The notes beneath the pieces are model-generated. The model searched no databases. It saw only the letters and a list, made by a program, of their open reading frames with translations, and was not told the DNA's origin. DNA of 5,381 bases from a virus (taxonomy: Duplodnaviria; Heunggongvirae; Uroviricota; Caudoviricetes). Within the stretch, counting starts at the first letter, position 1. Each line of letters starts with the position of its first letter. Position numbers and translations under genes: made by a program. The stretch lies in the IMG/VR virus record IMGVR_UViG_2534681647_000007; one strand, given 5' to 3'. Below, piece by piece: positions 1 through 5,381 of this stretch.

Positions 1-210
1 TTTCAGTGCATTAAAAATGGCGATGCCTTCAAAGACATCGCCACCCGGTGAATTGATATGGAGATTAATGTGGGTGATATCACCCAGTGCATTCAGTTCG
101 CTGACAAACTGCTTCGCGGTAACTCCCCAGAAACCAATCTCGTCATAAATATAAATATCCGCGTCACCCGGCCCCCCAGCTTGCATCCTGAACCAGGATT
201 TATTCTTCAT
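1..210 (-). CDS. Prohead (head maturation) protease, ClpP-like; N-terminal 70 codons only, gene continues beyond window start
   Basis: Hand translation of the minus strand from ATG at 210-208 gives MKNKSWFRMQAGGPGDADIYIYDEIGFWGVTAKQFVSELNALGDITHINLHINSPGGDVFEGIAIFNALK with no stop to the window edge. The block I-N-L-H-I-N-S-P-G-G-D-V-F-E-G-I-A-I-F-N is the classic ClpP/S14-type protease fold signature seen in phage prohead proteases. Position directly downstream of the portal gene matches lambdoid head-module order. The start overlaps the portal 3' end by 11 nt. Not in the ORF track because it has no in-window stop. Confidence 0.75.
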   Translation of the reverse strand, partial: MKNKSWFRMQAGGPGDADIYIYDEIGFWGVTAKQFVSELNALGDITHINLHINSPGGDVFEGIAIFNALK

Positions 211-1702
211 GCTGGCTTTCGGTGTCGCGCTGATACTGTCGTTCAGTTCCGGCACTGTTGCCTCCTTTGTCGTTGACGGGGTCAGTATCAAAGACCAGCC
301 CCAGTCTGCTGTTTTCATCAATTTCAGCCTTGCGGCGACGTTTGACCTCATCCGGATTGCGCCCACCGGCACGCACCCAGTCAGATTCTGTCGCTGCACC
401 ACCCCGGATCTGAATTCTCCAGGCTTCAGCTTCCTTAACCGGGTCGATCCACGGCATCACCGGACCGGAATACGTCGCGTTATATAGCGTTTTCATCTCC
501 ACATCCGCCGGAATTTTCAGCAGACCTGCCGCAACCACCATATTCAGCCATGTCCGGTACACCGGGCGGGTTACCGCGCCAATAAAACAGTCCTGCAGGA
601 TCAGGTAACCATCCGTGGACTCGACCAGCTCCTGCCGCTGGGCGCTGTAGGTGCCGTTATAGTTACGCGCCGCACTGGAAAAACTCAGACGACTGCCTGC
701 TGCCACTGCACGCAACTGGCCGTTGCGGAAAGTTTCAAGGTTGGGATTGGGACGGTCAGATTTGACCATGCCGATATCCTCGCCCTTGCGCAAATCGTCA
801 TAAATAATACCCGGGGTGATATGGACTTCCCGCTCGGTCTCTTTGATCCCCGGATCTTCATAGTCCTGTCCGTCACCTTTACGGATATACAGTCCCAGCG
901 CCGCAGCAATACGCGCCGCTGTCAGTTCCGCATCCTCATACTCCTTAAGGGCACTGATCCGCATCAGCACCCCCGATAACATGGATGAGCCTCGCGTCTG
1001 ATGCAGACGACGAGTGAACTTCAGGTGGATCATTTTTCCGGCAGCGATTTCTTTCGTATCACTCTGCCGGCCGCTGACCGGATAATTTTTATAAACCAGA
1101 TATTTTTTCGGTCTTCCCCACTCATCAAGAAAAACCCCCTGATTCAGTCCGGCGGATTCATCAGTGCGCATGGGAACAAAATCCGGCTCCATCGCCTCAA
1201 GCCAGAATGGCACTCCCGCCGTCCGTTCCAGACCGTTTCCCGCACCACTGACCATCTGCGCAAACACTTCACCATCCCGCAGCCAGGTCCGCAGCAGTAA
1301 ACGTTCAAGCACAGGACGGGTATACTGCCCTGTCACATCCGGACTCACGGACCATTCAGCCCACAAACGGCGGATATCCGCAGCCAGCTCAGCCGCCATT
1401 TCCCCGTTTTTTCGTAATGGCTGAGGCTCCACAATAATTCCCCTGGCACCAATCACCCGCTCTTCCAGCTTGTCAAACACACCAATCACCAGGTCATGAT
1501 TGATATCCAGAAAACGGGCCTGCTCCCGCAGGGAAACCGCACCGTATTTACTGAGCTGATCAGCAGAGCGATTTTCCCGCCGGGCTTTATGTGTCCGGGT
1601 CGGTTTCACCGCCTCATAGGCCATGATTAACGCCCTTGAACGCAGTCTGGCTGCTTTCCACCCGGGGGAAAACACGCCGATCACATCATCAATAATTGCC
1701 AT
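200..1702 (-). CDS. Portal protein (lambda gpB-like family)
   Basis: 500-aa ORF lying between a gpW-like gene and a ClpP-like protease gene, immediately downstream of a GpA-type large terminase, which is the lambda A-W-B-C order. Size is typical for lambda-family portals. ATG at 1702-1700 overlaps the gpW stop (TAATG), with a GAGG Shine-Dalgarno 5 nt upstream. Family assignment is by synteny, length and general composition, not by a computed alignment. Confidence 0.85.
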   Translation of the reverse strand: MAIIDDVIGVFSPGWKAARLRSRALIMAYEAVKPTRTHKARRENRSADQLSKYGAVSLREQARFLDINHDLVIGVFDKLEERVIGARGIIVEPQPLRKNGEMAAELAADIRRLWAEWSVSPDVTGQYTRPVLERLLLRTWLRDGEVFAQMVSGAGNGLERTAGVPFWLEAMEPDFVPMRTDESAGLNQGVFLDEWGRPKKYLVYKNYPVSGRQSDTKEIAAGKMIHLKFTRRLHQTRGSSMLSGVLMRISALKEYEDAELTAARIAAALGLYIRKGDGQDYEDPGIKETEREVHITPGIIYDDLRKGEDIGMVKSDRPNPNLETFRNGQLRAVAAGSRLSFSSAARNYNGTYSAQRQELVESTDGYLILQDCFIGAVTRPVYRTWLNMVVAAGLLKIPADVEMKTLYNATYSGPVMPWIDPVKEAEAWRIQIRGGAATESDWVRAGGRNPDEVKRRRKAEIDENSRLGLVFDTDPVNDKGGNSAGTERQYQRDTESQHEE

Positions 1703-1914
1703 TAAAACCTCGCCAGTTTAAATCCCGGTTTTCCCCGCCTGCGGCTCACCATCGCGGCAAGCCTGCGTTCCCACTCCTGACGTCCGGCGCGGATCTGAGA
1801 AAGGCTTTCCAGCGTCAGTTGCTGCCCGTTGAAGATGACAGACTTTCCCTCCAGTACGGCCATTTCCGCTTCACGGTACCGCTGTATCATTTCTCTGGCT
1901 TCTTCTGTGCTCAC
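1702..1914 (-). CDS. gpW-like head-tail joining (head completion) protein; GTG start preferred over the ORF-track ATG at 1938
   Basis: C-terminus MVSRRRGKPGF closely resembles the lambda gpW C-terminus (recalled as ...TQRRRGPAGFYV), and the size is about 70 aa like gpW (68 aa). A perfect AGGAGG Shine-Dalgarno (plus 1921-1926, cctcct) sits 6 nt upstream of GTG at 1914-1912, and that GTG overlaps the large terminase TGA stop (GTGA). The ATG at 1938 has no comparable ribosome-binding site and would add 8 residues absent from lambda W. Confidence 0.8.
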   Translation of the reverse strand: MSTEEAREMIQRYREAEMAVLEGKSVIFNGQQLTLESLSQIRAGRQEWERRLAAMVSRRRGKPGFKLARF

Positions 1915-4034
1915 AACCAGCCTCCTGATGTTATCCATGGATTATCTTCCGCACGCTCCGTCCGCAGTTTTTTCTTCCGGCGACGGCGTTTTTCTGCCCC
2001 GGCCGTCAGTTCCGGGGATACCGTTTCACCAGAACGCTCCTGCGGGAAGACGAGCCACGTTTCCCGCTGTGCCCAGTCCGGTGCGGAGGGCCAGCGGATC
2101 TTTTCGTAACCATGCAGAACGGCAAGCGCATCCGCATAAACCAGCAGGTCAAACGCTTCGTTAGCGCCCCTGCCCGGTTTTCGCCATTTTCCGTCACTGC
2201 CGCGCTCTTCATAGGTCAGCTCATCGTAAAACCACCGCCCCAGCCAGTCGGGAAAGTGGATATAGTTCGGCCCTGGTGTGTCACGCCACAGGGCATTATT
2301 TACACGATCCTTAAACGCATCCGTCTGAACCAGCCACAGCGCGACATCGCCACTGGCTCTGGCACGGCGGGCACTTCTGCCGGTATTATCCGGGAAGGTT
2401 CGGTTAATCAGCCTGTCACGGCGAAGTCCATCCCCCTTGAACAGAAACACCCTGTTGCCCAGTCCGTCACTCCGGCAACGACGCCAGAAACGATAGGCGT
2501 TATCTGTCACCCCGGCTTCCCCTCCCGTATCCACCGCCATGGCCATCAGACGCATGCGCACATCCGGATCAGAAGCCAGCGGCCATGTTTTATGGAACAC
2601 ATCCGTCAGCAACAAATCCCAGTCCTCCGGATATGCCGCCGGATCAACCGGCAGACTTTCACCGTTGGGACTGCAGCGCAGTGAATGCCGGATGTTGTAG
2701 CGATCAACAATCCAGCGTTCCCCCTGCTCTCCGTATCCGGTGATCTGCACAACAAAACGGCGATTTTTACCGCCCTGTACGTCAACCGTTGCCTCAATAA
2801 AACGCACACCATCCGGCACAGATCGCCGGGGAAACGGCTCGGCACGCTGTTCAAGCAGTTCACTTTTACGCTGTTCCGTGGCTGAACGGGGCAGATAGGG
2901 TCGTCCGATATCGGTGTTCACCACCGCTTTCAGGGTCTCTTCACTGCCGGTTCGCTCATACTCTTCTTCTGCCGCCAGCAGTTTAAAAATCAGTTGTTCC
3001 CAGGTCTGAAACGCCGCAGCTGGCCCCTCCATCCAAAATGACGCAATCCGGGAGTTTCGTGGCGTTCCGGTGATACTGCCGTCCGCCGCCGCCCGTTCAC
3101 CTTCACGAAGCCAGATCCCCTGGTTATTCAGTTCGCGTTTCTGCTCAGGGGCAATCAGCCCGCGACAATGCGGACACATCAGACGGGCAGCCTGACCGGC
3201 AGCCACAAAATCCGGGTTATTCCGGTATCCGGTCATGTTATCCATCACCGGCTGAAAATATTCCCCGCAGTGCGGACACGGCCAGTACCACCGGCGGCGG
3301 TCTCCCCGGTTATACAGTGACAGGATCCCCGTTGTTGGCGGTGCCTCATGTGCGCCACCACAACGCCATTTGGTATCGGTGATATCCCGCCCCGGTGAAC
3401 TCTCGACCAGGGTCATCCCCGAGGACATAAAGGTGGTGGTACGCTTTGAGGCCAGCGTGAAGGCATCCCCTTCCCCGTCCACATTTTCAGGGAAACGGTC
3501 ATAATCCGTCAGCGCCACACGACGGTAATCCGAAGAGGAAAAGACGGTGATCGACGGCCAGCCAATCTTCAGGAAGGAGCCGTCAAGAAACATTTTATCG
3601 TGGACGTTGTTGTCATTACGGGAAGGACTGAGGCGCTTGCTGACCTCCGGACTGTGGCGAAACGTCCTGGAAAGACGCGTTCTGGAATGCTCACGCGCCT
3701 TCGTCTCAGTCATCTGCACCACCAGCATATCCGCCGGATCACAGATGATGCCGTACACAATCCAGCCATCAATCAGCCCTTCGGTTTTCCCGGTTCGCGC
3801 AGGTCCCACAAACACCACCGCGTCATATTCACGGGCTGATAATGTATTAATGGGGTCAATCATATAGGGCGTCAGCGATGACTCCCACGGACCGGAAGTA
3901 TTGGCTCCCCGTGGAACCCGCATATAACGCCTGATGGCTTCCGCTACTGGTAACCGGCTGGGTGGGCGAAACAGCGAGGCCACTTCGCGCCAGATATCGG
4001 ATGCGCGGCTATGGCTCTCGTTCACCTGATTCAC
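1911..4034 (-). CDS. Terminase large subunit (lambda gpA family)
   Basis: 707-aa ORF. The N-terminal motif SLFRPP aligns with lambda gpA SLFRPEP at the same distance from the start. P-loop-like GPARTGKTE is present. Paired Cys motifs CPHCGEYF ... CPHCRG resemble the CPHCGEE region of lambda gpA. It lies directly downstream of a Nu1-like gene and a cos site. GTG start at 4034-4032 overlaps the small-subunit TGA stop (GTGA), with GAGG 7 nt upstream. Confidence 0.93.
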   Translation of the reverse strand: MNQVNESHSRASDIWREVASLFRPPSRLPVAEAIRRYMRVPRGANTSGPWESSLTPYMIDPINTLSAREYDAVVFVGPARTGKTEGLIDGWIVYGIICDPADMLVVQMTETKAREHSRTRLSRTFRHSPEVSKRLSPSRNDNNVHDKMFLDGSFLKIGWPSITVFSSSDYRRVALTDYDRFPENVDGEGDAFTLASKRTTTFMSSGMTLVESSPGRDITDTKWRCGGAHEAPPTTGILSLYNRGDRRRWYWPCPHCGEYFQPVMDNMTGYRNNPDFVAAGQAARLMCPHCRGLIAPEQKRELNNQGIWLREGERAAADGSITGTPRNSRIASFWMEGPAAAFQTWEQLIFKLLAAEEEYERTGSEETLKAVVNTDIGRPYLPRSATEQRKSELLEQRAEPFPRRSVPDGVRFIEATVDVQGGKNRRFVVQITGYGEQGERWIVDRYNIRHSLRCSPNGESLPVDPAAYPEDWDLLLTDVFHKTWPLASDPDVRMRLMAMAVDTGGEAGVTDNAYRFWRRCRSDGLGNRVFLFKGDGLRRDRLINRTFPDNTGRSARRARASGDVALWLVQTDAFKDRVNNALWRDTPGPNYIHFPDWLGRWFYDELTYEERGSDGKWRKPGRGANEAFDLLVYADALAVLHGYEKIRWPSAPDWAQRETWLVFPQERSGETVSPELTAGAEKRRRRKKKLRTERAEDNPWITSGGWL

Positions 4035-4507
4035 ATATCGGCCTCATCACAACAGTCAATGACTGCCTTTTCCAGTGTGTCGCGGATCTCATCAACCACA
4101 ATCTGTACTTCATTCAGTTGTGATGCAGTCCACCCCCTGTCCCTCTCCAGCCGGTCAGGCCAGGTTTCCAGTACCTGAACTATCGCTTTCACCACGACAG
4201 AAAAGGACCGCCTGACATCACTGACTGGCACAAGCTGAACAGTTTCATGCTGAAATTTAAGACGCTCGCGCTCGGACTGATACCATGCCTTACGAGCGTG
4301 AGGATCCATATCCTCATCTTCGGAAGATGGTGGTTTTTCCAGCAACGAAGTTATCAAATCCGTCAGGAGATACAGTTTTTTCTTTTCATTACTGCCTGGT
4401 GCAAGAGGAACATCCGCCATTCTGGCGGCAACAGTCTGCCGGTGCAGACCTGAAAGGGCTGCCAGTTGATTAATATTTAACTTCATATTTTTCAGCTCGC
4501 CGTCCAT
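4031..4507 (-). CDS. Terminase small subunit (lambda Nu1-like, N-terminal winged helix-turn-helix)
   Basis: 158-aa ORF. Residues 8-50, MKLNINQLAALSGLHRQTVAARMADVPL, follow the pattern of the lambda Nu1 N-terminus (MEVNKKQLADIFGASIRTIQNWQEQGMPVL). Sits about 190 bp downstream of a cosN-like element and directly upstream of, and overlapping, the large terminase. ATG at 4507 has a GGAGGG Shine-Dalgarno (plus 4514-4519) 7 nt upstream. An alternative start at ATG 4486-4484 would align exactly with the Nu1 start but has a weaker ribosome-binding site. Confidence 0.8.
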   Translation of the reverse strand: MDGELKNMKLNINQLAALSGLHRQTVAARMADVPLAPGSNEKKKLYLLTDLITSLLEKPPSSEDEDMDPHARKAWYQSERERLKFQHETVQLVPVSDVRRSFSVVVKAIVQVLETWPDRLERDRGWTASQLNEVQIVVDEIRDTLEKAVIDCCDEADM

Positions 4508-4519
4508 TTACATCCCTCC

Positions 4520-4692
4520 ACATAAACCGCAGAACAGAAGTGACTCTGTTTTTTTGTAAAGAAATGCCGCCATATAAAGATGTCGAACAAAAAACAACCA
4601 CAATCATCATCTTTTTAATACTAACAGCATTAAAAACAACAAGTTACCATCATGATGATGATGACGATAAAATCACAAAAATGCGCCTTTTT
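4520..4692 (-). promoter_or_regulatory. cosB-like region: AT-rich spacer between cosN and the small terminase gene, with inverted 9-mers flanking an AT-rich core
   Basis: Strongly AT-rich, non-coding, and located exactly where lambda cosB (R3-I1-R2-R1) lies. Exact inverted 9-mers ATCATCATC (4603-4611) and GATGATGAT (4654-4662) flank a 42-bp AT-rich segment, an arrangement like lambda R3/R2 around the IHF site I1. A 10-bp palindrome CATCATGATG is at 4648-4657. Binding-site identity is inferred. Confidence 0.35.
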
Positions 4693-4739
4693 CCGCGCCC
4701 GCCCGCCCCGTGTTCAGGCCCACCCCACCAGGAGGACCC
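4693..4739 (-). other. cos site core: cosQ (GGGTCCT, plus 4733-4739) and cosN-like GC block (plus 4693-4710)
   Basis: Minus-strand read CGGGTCCTCCTGGTGGGGTGGGCCTGAACACGGGGCGGGCGGGCGCGG compares with lambda, as I recall it, ACGGGTCCTTTCCGGTGATCCGACAGGTTACG-GGGCGGCGACCT-CGCGGG. The GGGTCCT heptamer is identical, the spacing to the GC block is 24 nt here against 23 nt in lambda, and the GC block begins GGGCGG. The distance to the small terminase start, about 190 bp, also matches lambda. Confidence 0.6.
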
Positions 4740-4746
4740 GCAAAAA

Positions 4747-4761
4747 TGATAATGGTTATCA
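4747..4761. promoter_or_regulatory. Fur-box-like 7-1-7 inverted repeat (TGATAAT-G-GTTATCA)
   Basis: Matches the Fur-box core TGATAATnATTATCA at 13 of 14 specified positions. Lies 8 bp from cosQ in a non-coding interval. No convincing -35/-10 pair overlaps it, so a regulatory role is uncertain; it may instead be a cos-associated palindrome. Confidence 0.25.
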
Positions 4762-4968
4762 TTTGCAACAAAATCCAGTTTCTTCCACCATCGCACCGGA
4801 CTGGCGACTATGAGGGGACAACACCGCGCTCCGTTAACGCGGTAAACCCCGGTGTGTATCGTTTTTGATTATCCCCGCACACTCTCGCAGAGGAGTCTCC
4901 CTGTCTGGCTGCGGTCTCTGTTAATGCAGGAATACGGTGACAATACCGCGCATGAATAATAAGGTCGC

Positions 4969-5193
4969 TCAACACACTGGCTGTAATGCAGCGGATACCA
5001 TGCGGCATTTAGCGGCATTCATCGTACACTCAACGGTTAGCTCTTCATTCGTGGCATTCACCTGAAAGGTCCTGGAGTGTAATTGCGTACATTTACCACT
5101 GAACGAACCTTCAACAAGAACACGACCACGCTGCAAAATACGGAACGGAATTGTTCCCTGAAAAGGCTTTACGGTTACCAATAATTTCTTCAT
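4969..5193 (-). CDS. Hypothetical small protein (74 aa, four Cys), in moron position between Rz and cos
   Basis: ATG at 5193-5191 is preceded by GGAGA (spacing about 6 nt) and lies 23 nt after the Rz stop, so it is likely co-transcribed with the late operon. Product MKKLLVTVKPFQGTIPFRILQRGRVLVEGSFSGKCTQLHSRTFQVNATNEELTVECTMNAAKCRMVSAALQPVC. The ORF-track version (4969..5211) begins at an upstream TTG. No recognisable family, signal peptide or transmembrane segment. Confidence 0.4.
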   Translation of the reverse strand: MKKLLVTVKPFQGTIPFRILQRGRVLVEGSFSGKCTQLHSRTFQVNATNEELTVECTMNAAKCRMVSAALQPVC

Positions 5194-5216
5194 GCATTCT
5201 CCGAATAACAAAAATA

Positions 5217-5381
5217 CTAGTTAATACACTGAGTGCGGATATATTCCTGAAGCATTCTCAATGCTGCCTGGTCGCTGATGATTCCGTCTCTGATACCGAG
5301 AACGTTTCGTCCAGCAACCGGAGAGAGTTCGACGGCGGCATCATTGCCCACGCCGGAGGTGCCGGTGGCTTCACGCACGGT
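5217..5381 (-). CDS. Rz: Rz i-spanin (inner-membrane spanin subunit), C-terminal 54 codons; gene begins beyond window end
   Basis: Hand translation of the minus strand from the window edge gives TVREATGTSGVGNDAAVELSPVAGRNVLGIRDGIISDQAALRMLQEYIRTQCIN, ending at TAG (plus 5217-5219). This aligns with the lambda Rz C-terminus as I recall it (...SVREATTASGVDNAASPRLADTAERDYFTLRERLITMQKQLEGTQKYINEQCR): the VREAT, SGV.N and YI..QC blocks are conserved. Confidence 0.8.
   Translation of the reverse strand, partial: TVREATGTSGVGNDAAVELSPVAGRNVLGIRDGIISDQAALRMLQEYIRTQCIN
5258..5381 (-). CDS. Rz1: Rz1 o-spanin (outer-membrane lipoprotein spanin subunit), C-terminal portion, embedded in the +1 frame of Rz
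   Basis: The +1 frame inside Rz reads PCVKPPAPPAWAMMPPSNSLRLLDETFSVSETESSATRQH, ending at TGA (plus 5258-5260). CVKPPAPPAWAMMPP matches the lambda Rz1 proline-rich core (CVKPPPPPAWIMQPPP). The embedded architecture is the same as lambda Rz/Rz1. Confidence 0.7.
   Translation of the reverse strand, partial: PCVKPPAPPAWAMMPPSNSLRLLDETFSVSETESSATRQH

Noticed and set aside
58-276. Plus-strand 72-aa ORF across the protease/portal junction
   Set aside because: Antisense to two well-supported minus-strand genes, with no ribosome-binding site and no recognisable product.
209-1424. ORF-track entries inside the portal gene (209..487 +, 685..909 -, 1001..1300 +, 1164..1424 +)
   Set aside because: Alternative-frame or antisense ORFs wholly inside the 500-aa portal CDS. 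Their products are low-complexity and Arg/Ser/Pro-rich, typical of out-of-frame reads of GC-rich coding DNA.
1915-1938. ATG at 1938 as the gpW start (longest ORF)
   Set aside because: No Shine-Dalgarno upstream. The downstream GTG at 1914 has a perfect AGGAGG at ideal spacing and gives a lambda-W-sized product with the same GTGA coupling seen at the terminase junction.
1696-3867. ORF-track entries inside the large terminase gene (1696..2109 +, 1829..2164 +, 2006..2212 -, 2112..2684 +, 2606..2863 -, 2685..2885 +, 3547..3867 +, 3600..3839 +)
   Set aside because: All lie within or antisense to the 707-aa GpA-like CDS, which carries clear family motifs. None has a convincing start context or a recognisable product.
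4247-4473. Plus-strand ORFs 4247..4453 and 4285..4473
   Set aside because: Antisense to the Nu1-like small terminase gene, with no independent support.
4540-4749. Plus-strand 69-aa ORF spanning the cos region (contains HHDDDDD and a Pro-rich tail)
   Set aside because: It runs straight through cosB, cosN and cosQ. The odd peptide is a translation artefact of the ATC/ATG repeats and the GC block; the region is better explained as the cis-acting packaging site.
4823-4866. Hairpin ACCGCG...CGCGGT followed 18 nt later by a T5 run, considered as a rho-independent terminator
   Set aside because: The T-run is not adjacent to the stem and the stem is short and imperfect, so it does not meet intrinsic-terminator geometry on either strand.
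4808-5008. Minus-strand 66-aa ORF overlapping the 3' end of the 74-aa ORF
   Set aside because: No ribosome-binding site upstream of its ATG, and it overlaps the better-supported small ORF in another frame. The sequence is more plausibly non-coding.
1-5381. Searched for tRNA or rRNA genes, CRISPR repeats, IS or transposon terminal inverted repeats, and integrase/att sites
   Set aside because: No regularly spaced direct repeats, no cloverleaf-compatible segments in non-coding stretches, and no transposase or integrase ORF. The window is fully accounted for by the phage late operon and cos.

Overview
This window is the late (lysis-to-head) region of a lambda-like (lambdoid) phage or prophage, probably from an enterobacterial host, with every supported gene on the minus strand. 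Reading in the direction of transcription (high to low coordinates): the C-terminal end of the Rz/Rz1 spanin pair (5381-5217), a small unassigned 74-codon ORF (5193-4969), a lambda-type cos region (cosQ, cosN-like GC block, AT-rich cosB; about 4740-4520), a Nu1-like small terminase (4507-4031), a GpA-like large terminase (4034-1911), a gpW-like head-tail joining protein (1914-1702), a portal protein (1702-200) and the first 70 codons of a ClpP-like prohead protease (210-1). The genes are tightly coupled by overlapping start/stop codons (GTGA twice, TAATG once). Plus-strand ORFs in the track are antisense to these genes and are treated as spurious. I see no tRNA, rRNA, CRISPR array, IS element or recognisable defence system. 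The only accessory-type interval is the roughly 470 bp between Rz and cos, which holds the unassigned small ORF and a Fur-box-like palindrome. All homology statements rest on my recollection of lambda proteins and cos sequence, not on a database search.
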